DNA of 64,000 nucleotides from Mytilus trossulus (Eukaryota): NCBI RefSeq assembly GCF_036588685.1, contig NC_086381.1, positions 57,102,001 to 57,166,000 of the forward strand, read 5' to 3'. Shown piece by piece: positions 50,576 to 62,630 of this stretch (position 1 is its first letter; each line of letters starts with the position of its first letter). The notes under the pieces were generated by a model. It saw only the letters and a program-made list of their open reading frames with translations, ran no database searches and was not told where the DNA came from. The position numbers and the translations under genes were made by a program.

Positions 50576-53358
50576 AGTATAAAACACATTGACACTGGAA
50601 TGCTACAAAGACGATACACGAACAAAAAAAAACAATAGTATATAAAACACATTGGCACTGGAATGATACAAAGACGATAAACGAACAAAAAAAAACAATA
50701 GTATATAAAACACATTGACACTGGAATGACACAAAGACGATAAACGAACAAAAAAAACAATAGTATATAAAACACATTGACATTGGAATGATATAAAGAC
50801 GATAAACGAACAAGAAAAACAATAGTATAAAAAACACATTGACACTGGAATGATACAAAGAAGATAAACGAACAAAAAAACACAATAGTATATAAAACAC
50901 ATTGACACTGGAATGATACAAAGACGATAAACGAATAAAAAAACACAATAGTATGTAAAACACATTGACACTGGAATGATACAAAGACGATAAACGAATA
51001 AAAAAACACAATAGTATGTAAAACACATCGACACTGGAATGATACAAAGACGATAAACGAATAAAAAAACACAATAGTGTGTAAAACACATTGACACTGG
51101 AATGATACAAAGACGATAAACGAACAAAAAAACACAATAGTATGTAAAACACATTGACATTGGAATGATACAAAGAAGATAAACGAATAAAAAAACACAA
51201 TAGTATGTAAAACACATTGACACTGGAATGATACAAAGACAATAAACGAACAAAAAAACACAATAGTATGTAAAACACATCGACACTGGAATGATACAAA
51301 GACGATAAACGAACAAAAAACCACAATAGTATGTAAAACACATCGACACTGGAATGATACAAAGACGATAAACGAACAAAAAAACACAATAGTATATAAA
51401 ACACATTGACACTGGAATGATACAAAGACGATAAACGAATAAAAAAACCACAATAGTATATAAAACACATTGACACTGGAATGATACAAAGACGATAAAC
51501 GAACAAGAAAAACAATAGTATATAAAACACATTGACACTGGAATGGTACAAAGACGATAAACGAACAAGAAAAACAATAGTAGATAAAACACATTGACAC
51601 TGGAATGATACAAAGACGATAAACGAACAAAAAAAACAATAGTATATAAAACACATTGACACTGGAATGATACAAAGACGATAAACGAACAAAAAAAACA
51701 ATAGTATATAAAACACATTGACACTGGAATGATACAAAGACGATAAACGAACAAAAAAACACAATAGTATATAAAACACATTGACACTGGAATGATACAA
51801 AGACGATAAACGAATAAAAAAACCACAATATTATATAAAACACATTGACACTGGAATGATACAAAGACGATAAACGAATAAAAAAACCACAATATTATAT
51901 AAAACACATTGACACTGGAATGATACAAAGACGATAAACGAACAAAAAAAACAATAGTATATAAAACACATTGACACTGGAATGATACAAAGAAGATAAA
52001 CGAACAAAAAAACACAATAGTATATAAAACACATTGACACTGGAATGATACAAAGACGATAAACGAATAAAAAAACACAATAGTATGTAAAACACATTGA
52101 CACTGGAATGATACAAAGACGATAAACGAATAAAAAAACACAATAGTATGTAAAACACATTGACACTGGAATGATACAAAGACGATAAACGAACAAAAAA
52201 ACACAATAGTATGTAAAACACATTGACACTGGAATGATACAAAGACGATAAACGAATAAAAAAACACAATAGTATGTAAAACACATTGACACTGGAATGA
52301 TACAAAGACGATAAACGAACAAAAAACACAATAGTATGTAAAACACATTGACACTGGAATGATACAAAGACGATAAACGAATAAAAAAACACAATAGTAT
52401 ATAAAACACATTGACACTGGAATGATACAAAGAAGATAAACGAACAAAAAAACACAATAGTATATAAAACACATTGACACTGGAATGATACAAAGACGAT
52501 AAACGAATAAAAAAACACAATAGTATGTAAAACACATTGACACTGGAATGATACAAAGAAGATAAACGAATAAAAAAACACAATAGTATGTAAAACACAT
52601 TGACACTGGAATGACACAAAGACGATAAACGAACAAAAAAACACAATAGTATATAAAACACATTGACACTGGAATGATACAAAGACGATAAACGAATAAA
52701 AAAACCACAATATTATATAAAACACATTGACACTGGAATGATACAAAGACGATAAACGAACAAAAAAAACAATAGTATATAAAACACATTGACACTGGAA
52801 TGATACAAAGACGATAAACGAACAAAAAAACACAATAGTATATAAAACACATTGACACTGGAATGATACAAAGACGATAAACGAATAAAAAAACCACACT
52901 ATTATATAAAACACATTGACACTGGAATGATACAAAGACGATAAACGAACAAAAAAAACAATAGTATATAAAACACATTGACACTGGAATGATACAAAGA
53001 CGATAAACGAACAAAAAAACACAATAGTATATAAAACACATTGACACTGGAATGATACAAAGACGATAAACGAACAAAAAAACACAATAGTATGTAAAAC
53101 ACATAGACACTGGAATGATACAAAGAAGATAAACGAATAAAAAAACCACAATAGTATATAAAACACATTGACACTGGAATGATACAAAGACGATAAACGA
53201 ATAAAAAACCACAATAGTATATAAAACACATTGACACTGGAATGATACAAAGACGATAAACGAATAAAAAAACCACAATAGTATATAAAACACATTGACA
53301 CTGGAATGATACAAAGACGATAAACGAATGAAAAAACCACAATAGTATATAAAACACA
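50576..53358. repeat. Minisatellite, 61-63-bp unit, about 44 copies
   Basis: Unit AAAACACATTGACACTGGAATGATACAAAGACGATAAACGAAYAAAAAAACACAATAGTATRT repeated head to tail without spacers. Confidence 0.97.
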
Positions 53359-54299
53359 GCATTCGATATCATATATTGGGCAACACGAAACAAACAACAA
53401 AACGGATTTACCTTACCTTGTAGGGTTATAACATTATGTAACATATACCGTCGTCATAAGGTGGTGCAGAAATTGCGAAATTGTAAATGTTGCTGTTTTC
53501 ACTTGATGAAGTGCAACATGGTTCAACATTCTGCAAGTGCATTTTCGTATGTGTTATCTTAAAGAGAGAACTTCAACTTCTATTGTGATTTATTTGCTTA
53601 ACCGTTTCAGATTTCGATTTCCGATTTAGCACCGTTCCTTAAAATTACGCTATCATATAGGTCATTTTATTATCATATAATGATAAAGAGATTAACTGAA
53701 TAAAAAATAAGTTTCACAAAGTTAATTTTACTACCTAGTCAAAACTATAATAAATACATATTATACCGATGTCCATTACCGATTTGTTATTACGAGTGAA
53801 TAGCAATATGTCGACTTTAAAAGATAACTTCCAAAAATTTCTCAATAAACTGTTACACAAGAAGTCACTGGCAAGGAACATATTTTATTTCAGTTGTTTT
53901 GTGAATATCGTGTACTGTAGTCGTATTACGCAGGATATTTGAAATCTAGACCTTCATTAACACCGTAGGCACATCAGAATAACCCAAAACCTCGGCATTA
54001 CTGCACGCAGCTGCAAGCAGGGCTATCTTTTCACTTGCAAACACAAGGTGTAACTGAAAAGGATTGTGCACAACCATGACATGCAAATGCGAAAAAGTTT
54101 TGTTACCGTGTGGAAGTAAATGTCGTCATAAGCCAACATGCAAGAATGAAATAAGCGATGACAATTAATTTTGGCATTGATATTCAATTTTAACGTAGCC
54201 TTTAAATTTATACATTGTCATGTAACCATCGTTGTTTTTTTAGATAAAGTTTATTGTATTATTGAAACGTTTGTAATGCATATTTGAAAAAAATATCTA

Positions 54300-54437
54300 T
54301 ATGGTCAAAATACTCATATGGTCCAGCCCGTTAATAACCATACGAGTATATACTCATATGGTCCGACCATACGCGTACGGTCGGACCATATAATTATACA
54401 TGTACGCATATGGTCCAAATACTCAGATGGTCCGGGA
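54300..54437. repeat. Short tandem/palindromic repeat patch
   Basis: TACTCATATGGTCC units and the palindrome CCGACCATACGCGTACGGTCGG. Confidence 0.6.
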
Positions 54438-55674
54438 CATGTACACAGTTGTCATATTACAATTTGATACAGGTGTATGTATATGTTATTCTGTAGAATG
54501 AATTTGCATACAGCTGAACTCTTTTTGCTGGTTTCGAAACAAAGCCAACTAACAGATATACATTTCTTCCTTTCATGACTTATTCAAAAATATATCAAAC
54601 GGACCGTTATTTCGATATTTGACATATGCACGATATCAAGTAATGTATCTTATTGTCGACCGTGATAATTTTTACAATAAAACATAAGAGGAATGTCGAT
54701 TGTTCTCGTGGTCAAAACACCATCCACACACTATATTTATAGATAATCGTTGATCATCTCAACGAGATTGATTTTCTCGCTTGAGCCAGTAATGCAAAAT
54801 GTGAAAAGCAATCGATTTGAGATGACCAATGCTAATCTGTTTATCGCTATTTTACCTATGACGACGTTGTTAAGTTCATGTCAATTTCATTAGCAACGCC
54901 ACGTCCGTCCTTAGTTTCTCGCGATAATTTTCCATCTCAAGCAAGTAGCATGATATGGAAAGTTATCACAAAAAAGATCAAAGGAAAAATGCACAAAATA
55001 GCGATAATAACATTTTATGTAAAACGTTCTGAGTTCTGATGGAATTTTATCAGCCAGCAATGCATTTGATAATCTAAACTTAACGAAACTGCAAACACAT
55101 TTTAACCGTGTCTAAAAGTGATAAAGCGTGCTCAGATTTCTCAGCGACTACGTGGGGACCCAACACGTTTTAGGCAATGTTTGATTCACAAATATAATAC
55201 AAAAATCATATAAGACGTCAATTGACATTTTCCCTACCACGGTTCATTGAAGCTTTATTGGTGACAATCTTGTGCATGAAAATGTTTCACAACAGTTTGT
55301 TTAAACAGGACATTTTCTATATAGTTTATTTTGTTATAAACTTTCGAAACCGAAGCCTTTTTGTTGCTTTTGTGAAAGTTACGATTTAAAATCGTGGACA
55401 TCTTCTATTTAGTATAAAGTGAGTATTTCGGAAAATGATACACAGGCTATTTAATATAAATATGTTCACATCATACCAGAATATCAAACCTAGACATTAA
55501 TTTTAGTCCGTTGATATAGAAAATATAGAATTTTTATTTGTTTAAAGGTAAAAATTATTAAAATAATCAACTGAATTTCTACGGTTTTTTTCTAGGTGAA
55601 GGGAGTTTACCTCAATTTAACATAATTAACATAGCACTTTATCATTGTCCTAATTATGTTTTTTTTTTGGTTTT

Positions 55675-55821
55675 CGTGGACTTAAACCTGTTCGGACCAG
55701 TTTTATAAATTATCGCGAAAGGACGTACAACGACGCAGTATATGTTATCATTAGCGTCAAAATCGAGTATAAAAGCTGAAAAAAAATATATTAAGTTAAA
55801 AAGTCTACAAAATTTGCTCAT
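55675..55821 (+). promoter_or_regulatory. Gene 6 promoter, TATA box and non-coding exon 1
   Basis: TATAAAAG at 55768-55775, TTGCTCAT|GTAAGTAC donor at 55822, CGCGAAA variant at 55714-55720. Confidence 0.72.
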
Positions 55822-56623
55822 GTAAGTACAATTATTGCAATTATAAATACAGAATTTAAGGAAGATATGTTGTTCAAAGCGATAATATGTAACTAAATTT
55901 GATTTTTAACACTTATATAATCTTAACAGCTCCCTAAAGTATGTGCAAGATGACAACATTTGCAGTGTTTCAGGCAATTTTTGAATTTATCCACTGCGAT
56001 AACTTAAGTACTGTTCAGACATTTCCCTTGCAGTTGATACATTTTTGTAAGTCTGATAATCGACTGAAATGCTAAACTTGTCTGAATCATTCATTGCTCA
56101 TACTGATTGTTTATATACTTCGCAAATCATTGTGACATTTTCAGACTAGAATTCATTAACTCGTTTACTTTTATAAAGAAGTATGTGACGCTGACAATTA
56201 GGTTCATAAAAAATGATTCTAAGGAGCAAATGGTAAATTTTCAAAAGAATTGAAAATGAAGGATCTAAAAAAACAAATATATCAAGTACATGTTGCTTAA
56301 TCAAAATAATTTTAAAATTAGTGTTAAATTTACATAATGTCATAGAAATTAACTCACTATATATTTGAACTTTGTCCTGGAAATAGATTTACCTGCAAAG
56401 GTATAGGTAGTTGGCATATGCAAATCGCTAGAGTATAAAAATAATTATCCTTTTTGAAATTTAATACTCCTGTAACAATTTGAAACTAACTTGTTTGAAA
56501 TCATCATTACCATTTAAAAAACTGCAACAACCGGTTCTTTATAACGAATTGTTATCATTGCAAATAAATAAATAAAAACTATGTTTACTTTGTAGTGTCT
56601 TGCATAGAAAAGAAACAAGAAGA

Positions 56624-56675
56624 ATGAAGATGTCTATTTGTTTAGTTGCCAGTCTGTTGTTAGTGTTTGTTGGAG
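56624..56675 (+). CDS. CRP-I: CRP-I gene 6, exon 2 coding part (signal peptide MKMSICLVASLLLVFVG)
   Basis: ATG at 56624, 52 nt, GTAAAT donor. Confidence 0.9.
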
Positions 56676-57289
56676 GTAAATATTTTAACATGACGCTTAT
56701 TTCTTGATTTCCGAAATTTGATAATGTAAATGCGATTTATTTGTGCTAATAAAAATTGTAAAATTATGCTACAACATTTTTTTGGACAATTAAAGATACG
56801 GAATGAATAAAAAAAAAAATTTAACAAATAACCTGTCAGTAGAAATGGACAAAAGATATTTATTTTTTAACATTTATAATACTATTTATACATTGTGTGT
56901 TATAATAGGTATTTTAATATGTGCGTAATGTCGTGTTAATGATATGTACGTGTATTTCCTCTTTGCTTTTCTCTACGTTATTTTCCCTCCTTGTGAATTT
57001 GTAAGTCATGCACACTATGTTGACTACGAAGTGATGATGGTTTGAGAATGTTAATCTTTGAATGTTTCTACATATATTTTCTTTTTAACTTTTGTTAATT
57101 GGGTACGATTCAGAAATGTATGATCCGTATAGAAACGTGTATATGTTCATCAATATACTGTTCGGGTTTTTTTTTGCATTTGTGTCGTATATAGCGGGGT
57201 GTGTGTACGCTTTGACTATTTTCTAGGTGTGTTTCAAAAAAATATATAATAATTACGATGCTGAAATATAAAAATTACTTTACTTCCAG

Positions 57290-57338
57290 CATCCATGGCT
57301 AATGACGAAATGATGGAGGATAATGAGCTGGCCAACCA
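57290..57338 (+). CDS. CRP-I: CRP-I gene 6, exon 3 (pro region, ASMANDEMMEDNELAN)
   Basis: 49 nt, TTCCAG / GTAAGT. Confidence 0.9.
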
Positions 57339-58284
57339 GTAAGTTGGATTTTTTATTTTTTTTTTAAGTTTGAATTTAAATCTACAATTGTATCGTTTTG
57401 GTTGAGTCTGAGTTTGAATAATCTAGTAAAAACAATATTTCGAAAAACCGTATGAGACAATAGGTTTTATGGTATAATTTTAGGAAATCAAAACAAAAAT
57501 AGTGTGTAAACCGACTTGTTTTCTTGCTTCAAATAGAAAACAAATATCTGTTTTGCATCTCTTTCTTTAAGATTTTTTTCCCATTATGTGACTGAGTAGG
57601 AAGATATTATTCCAACACAAAAAAGTATTCCATATTTGTTAAAACAATCTGAGTAATGTAGATCATGCAGTAAATCACTTATTTTTCGTTGGTAAAAAAA
57701 AACAGTGTTTGCTCGTATTTCTAAACCGTACCTTGACCTTAAGAAGTTTACTTCTACCTCATTTAGTTTATGATGTAGAGTTATCTCATCTATAATCTAT
57801 ATATAATTATTTGTACACATTAATTGCATATTCTCTTAAGAACTAGAACGATTATGTACTGCCGTTTTGCAAGATGGCATAATACATGCATCTTCTCAAA
57901 ACAAATGAAAAAAAAGTTTGCGTCGTTTTTGTAAGTGACTCATTGGCACTACCCTAAAGTTGTATTAAACGCTGCAATGGATAACAAATATTTGACACAG
58001 TGATTGTCTTTAAACTCAACATGCTCACAGACAACATGTAATATGTATAATAAGTGTAATTAGATAAGTCTTCGTTTTTTGGAATAAAAAATGAACATCA
58101 TATATAATAACTGTTCATAAATAATTAAACAAATAGTTAAACTCCGAATATGTATTTAACTACCATATACCAACAGTTAAAAACAAGACACATCCTTCGA
58201 TGTAAGATTGGAATTGTTATAAATTTCTAACGAGAGAAAATCTCAAAGTATTGTTTAGACTTGTTGGTGATATATTTCTTCTTA

Positions 58285-58450
58285 AAAGAGGAACGAAGGT
58301 TATCATAGAGACATTCAAACTCATAGATCAAATATAAAACTGAAAACGCCATGGCTAAAAAATAAAAAAAGACAAACACAACATAGAAAACTAAAGACTA
58401 AGTAACACGAACCACACTAAAAATTTATGTGATCTAAGGTGCTCCATATT
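58285..58450 (-). repeat. Dispersed repeat family B copy in gene 6 intron 3
   Basis: AAAAGAGG.ACGAA...AACGCCATGGCTAAAAA...GGTGCTCC is the reverse of family B. Confidence 0.65.
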
Positions 58451-58580
58451 GGTAAGCAGATCTTTACTTTTTTTTAAGTTATTCTTGACACACCTTGTAC
58501 AGATGATAGGCGCTCTCAATTCTATATACATGATAATATATATTTCATATGATAACATTCTAACACTTTTCTTCTTACAG

Positions 58581-58926
58581 TCTTGTGAAAAGAAGTGTAA
58601 TACCATCACCACCTTGTGCAAATGATGGAGCTAACTGTAGGAAAAATGCATGCTGTCCTGGTTCAACCTGTGTTTATGGCAACTGCAAGTCATGTAACCC
58701 AAGAAAATGCAAAAAAGCTCGTGACTGCTGTGATCAATCTAGCTGCGTTTACGGAAACTGCAAATCATGTAACCCAAGAAAATGCAAAAAGACCCGTGAT
58801 TGCTGTGGTGATTCAAGCTGCGTCTATGGAAACTGTACGTCATGTAGAGCAAGAACCTGTAAAGGAAAAAACGACTGCTGTAAAGGATATACATGTTCAT
58901 ACAAGAAATGCGTAAAGAAGGATTAA
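58581..58926 (+). CDS. CRP-I: CRP-I gene 6, exon 4: (H)LVKR-SVIPSPPCANDGANCRKNACC...CVKKD, four Cys modules; precursor 148 aa
   Basis: TTACAG acceptor at 58579-58580, TAA ending at 58926, AATAAA at 59002, 24 Cys. Confidence 0.93.
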
Positions 58927-59075
58927 GCGTGTACCAGGTACACGAATAGGGACGTTTGAAGCGATAGACTTTCATTACATACTTATGTCTATAATGTAAA
59001 AAATAAAATATAGGTAAATAGAAGATCATGATTATTTATTTTTTATAGCATTTGATTTATTTTTCTTACATATAT

Positions 59076-59705
59076 ATACAACTCGTCTAAACATCAACCC
59101 AACAATGTTAGATCTGTAAATTTGCTTACGCAAATTTTTGGTTCTTCCCTCGCCGGGATTCGAACCAATGCTACTGAGATATCGTGACACCAAATCGCCT
59201 GCACTGTAGCCGTCCCGCTAGACCACACGACCTACTGGGCTCTCAAAAAAAGAGCTTTCGGTGGGCATGTGTTACCTTTCCACGTCAGTTTTAATCTAGC
59301 GGCGTACTACAGTACATGATATATAAGGCATGAAGATGTTATTGTTACAGATCAGCTAAATTATCTATAGTAAAGGATCCTACAAATTAATGTAAGATAC
59401 AGTCACAGAAAATAATTATATTCATAAGTACGTCTGAGTCAGTGACAACCCTACAACAGATGTATCCATCGGATCGACATAAATGATGGTGATACATGGC
59501 TGTGTACATAATGTAAATACAACTCGTCTAAACATCAACTCAACAATGTTAGATCAAATTTTTTGTTCTTCCCTCGCCGGGATTCGAACCCATGCTACTG
59601 TGATATCGTGACACCAAAAAAGAGCTCTCGGTGGGCATGTGTTACCTTTCCACGTCAGTTTTAATCTAGCGGCGTACTACAGTACATGATATATAAGGCA
59701 TGAAG
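59076..59705 (-). repeat. tRNA-derived (Pol III box) repeat, ~440-bp unit plus an internally deleted second unit
   Basis: Reverse complement of 60016-60570; contains GGTCGTGTGGTCTAGCG (A-box-like) and GGTTCGAATCC (B box). Confidence 0.75.
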
Positions 59706-59706
59706 A

Positions 59707-59908
59707 TATATAACAAGGCAAAAAGGGTACAACATCACCATTAAATAACTATAAAATGAACAAATATTAGATATTTCGGATAACAGATATCCTTCTTCAA
59801 TAATTTTCAGTTTAAATTTATTGACATGATTCATTTGACAATAGCTAATATTTGTTCATTTTATAGTTATTTAATGGTGATGTTGTACCCTTTTTGACTT
59901 GTTATATA
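59707..59908. repeat. 64-bp inverted repeat with a hammerhead-like motif in the spacer (Penelope-type end remnant)
   Basis: Arms 59707-59770 and 59845-59908 with one mismatch; the minus strand of the spacer reads TTGAAGAA-GGATA-TCTGT-TATCC-GAAA. Confidence 0.6.
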
Positions 59909-59984
59909 TTATATTTTGTAGTGTACAGAATCATATTACATGATCCATCGCCCTGTAAGATTAATCGTTGACTATTTATTCAGT

Positions 59985-60015
<31 letters not shown>

Positions 60016-60016
<1 letters not shown>

Positions 60017-60570
60017 TGCAGGCGATTTGGTGTCACGATATCTCAGTAGCATGGGTTCGAATCCCGGCGAGGGAAGAACATAAAATTTGCGAAAGCAAAT
60101 TTACAGATCTAGCATTGTTGGGTTTATTTTTAGACGAGTTGTAAATACATAATGTACACACCATCACTGCTGGTGATCCGATGGATAAATCTGTTGTAGA
60201 GTTGTCACTGACTCAGACGTACTTATAAATATAATTATTTTCTGTGACTGTATCTTACATTTATTTGTGGGATCCTTTACTATAGATAATTTAGCTGATC
60301 TGTTAAAATAACATATCCATGCCTTATATATCATGTACTGTAGTACGACGCTAAACTGACGTGGAAAGGTAACACATGGCCACCGAAAGCTTCATTTTTT
60401 TGAAGCCCAGGTGGTCGTGTGGTCTAGCGGGACGGCTACAGTGCAGGCGATTTGGTGTCACGATATCTCAGTAGCATGGGTTCGAATCCCGGCGAGGGAA
60501 GAACAAAAAATTTCCGAAAGCAAATTTACAGATCTAACATTGTTGGGTTGATTTTTAGACGAGTTGTATA
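60016..60570 (+). repeat. tRNA-derived (Pol III box) repeat, ~1.3 tandem units bounded by (TA)n
   Basis: GCCCAGGTGGTCGTGTGGTCTAGCG...GGGTTCGAATCCCGGCGAGGG at about 60405-60498; partial copy at 60016-60140; tail fragment again at 61027-61063. Confidence 0.75.
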
Positions 60571-60601
60571 TATATACATATTTATATATATCGATCTCTA
60601 A

Positions 60602-60643
60602 CATCACTGAAGAGACATTTATTGTCGAAATCCGGATATGGTG
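60602..60643 (+). ncRNA. Minimal type I hammerhead ribozyme, second family
   Basis: Stem I CAUCA/UGGUG, core CUGAAGA (60607-60613), stem II GACA/UGUC, GAAA, stem III with palindromic CCGG loop, AUA triplet ending at 60638. Confidence 0.75.
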
Positions 60644-62379
60644 TACTAAAGAAATAATGACACCGAATGTTTGTGGCACAACATCCTGTCCACAAGTTAA
60701 CATTTTTTTTTTCTTTTTTCTGTGACGTATTAAATTTATATTAAGATCCATTTTGTTACATCTTGTGATCAATTTAATTTGGCAATCGCCAATGGCAGTC
60801 AGCAGGGTTAAAGGACATCAGTTGTTCGACCTGTTAGTCAAATGCGTTTTGTTTCAATATACTTTTTCACTCTTTTGGTCTTTTGGAAAATTTTGTTTGT
60901 GCTGTTTTTAGACCCTTCTACAACGAAATTTGTTTGACATGCACACGTATAAAAATTGCGGTTTTTATCCAACGCAGTCATAGGTTTGAACGTAGTTTTC
61001 AATTTAGACTCGTATATATTTATATATAGATCTAACATTGTTGGGTTGATGTTTAGACGAGTTTTTTATATATATATATATACATGAACTAGATGTTCAT
61101 TAGTTGTCATTTGTTGAAGTGGTTTACAAGTGTTTCTCGTTTCTCGTTTTTTGTATAGATTAGATCATTGGTTTTCCTGTTTGAATAGTTTTACACTAGT
61201 CATTTTATGGTCCTTTAAAGCTTGCTGTTCGGTGTGAGCCAAGACTAACGATCGACATTAAATTCAAATATAAGGGCCCATGTGAAAATTATCGACAACT
61301 CTTTGACTTGCATGAAAAATGTCTTGATTGATAACAACACAACACAAATCGAAAGAAGAAAGGCATTCAGTAAGTATTAAAATGTAGGATCGATAGAAAT
61401 AAAAATGAGAGATATACTAAGATATGGAATGTAAAAATAACACAAAGGAGAATAAAGAAGGCAAGCGTCAATAACTGTATTATACCACATGATGTTCAAA
61501 TAGGATCAAACTGCAGACCGTTTACTTATTAGCTATTCATGAATGTGACACGCCCGCCAAAACATAAAAGAATTCAAACCATCAAATGAAAACGAAATAA
61601 GAGAAAAATGAATAAACACCAAAAACTCAAAAGAATAATTAGAAATATGTTATGAATATCACCGTTTAGTTTGCATTGAAGGACAAAACAAAATTTAGAA
61701 AGTAATTATTTAATATTTGTCTTCCGAAATCAATGTAACATGTAACATAATTTGACAAATCCTATCATATCACCAAATATGCTCTTCTTGTTGTCGTGTC
61801 CCTCGCGGAAACCGTCAAAGAAAACACATTTAAATTTGTATATATATATTGAGTTACTTAGTTATTGTCTTTATTTGTTTTTGTTGTCGTTATATGTCAC
61901 AAACTGTAAAGTTTATATGGCAATAAAACTTTGAATTGAATTGAATTGAAAAAATATATTCTTCAAACTATTAATTATTTCCTCTGGACTGCCTGTTTCA
62001 GTCGAACCGAAGATATCCAATTGCATGTTATTATTAGGTCTATAAGTCAATGTTGGTGTGCCGTTGTGTGGTTACCAATAATTAATGGATCAATAAATAT
62101 TATGATGGTTTAGAAATTAATCGGCAACATTTACATCCACTGTTATTTATGTATGATATGTCAAAACAAACATTGTTTATTTATAAGCTGTATTCAGAAG
62201 CGTATCGATATTCAGAATGTTTTACTAATGGTACGCTTTACATCTCACATCTTATCCTATATAGTGTGTTTTAAAACATGCATTATTTTGTCTACGGCAG
62301 TACACAAATAAAACACATAGGTACTGTTTATGATTTTAAATAATGTTGCTAAGATAATTTTATATACGAATTAGACTAT

Positions 62380-62630
62380 TTATCGGATTTGTTATTACAT
62401 AACCAACACGACGGGTGCCACATGTGGAGCAGGATCTGCTTACCCTTCCGGAGCACATAAGATCGCCCCTAGTTTGGTGGGGTTCATGTTGCTTATTCTT
62501 TAGTTTTCTATGTTGTGTCATGTGTACTTTGTTTGTCTGTTTGTCTTTTTTCATTTTTAGCAATGGCGTTGTCAGTTGATTTTCGATTTATGAGTTTGAC
62601 TGTCCCTCTGGTATCTTTTGTCCCTCTTTT
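62380..62630 (+). repeat. Dispersed repeat family B, longest copy
   Basis: AACACGACGGGTGCCACATGTGGAGCAGGATCTGCTTACCCTTCCGGAGCAC...GTCCCTCTTTT. Confidence 0.8.

Noticed and set aside
50576-53358. CRISPR-like array
   Set aside because: No unique spacers, no cas genes, eukaryotic context
50509-53444. Long minus-strand ORFs (180-919 aa) rich in F/V/C/Y
   Set aside because: They are translations of the minisatellite, whose T-rich strand lacks stops; frames switch at unit-length changes
60405-60498. Functional tRNA gene
   Set aside because: No proper acceptor stem or 7-nt anticodon loop; part of a repeated unit
743-62563. Remaining 60-100-aa ORFs in the track
   Set aside because: AT-rich intronic or repeat-derived frames, often with non-ATG starts and no recognisable motifs
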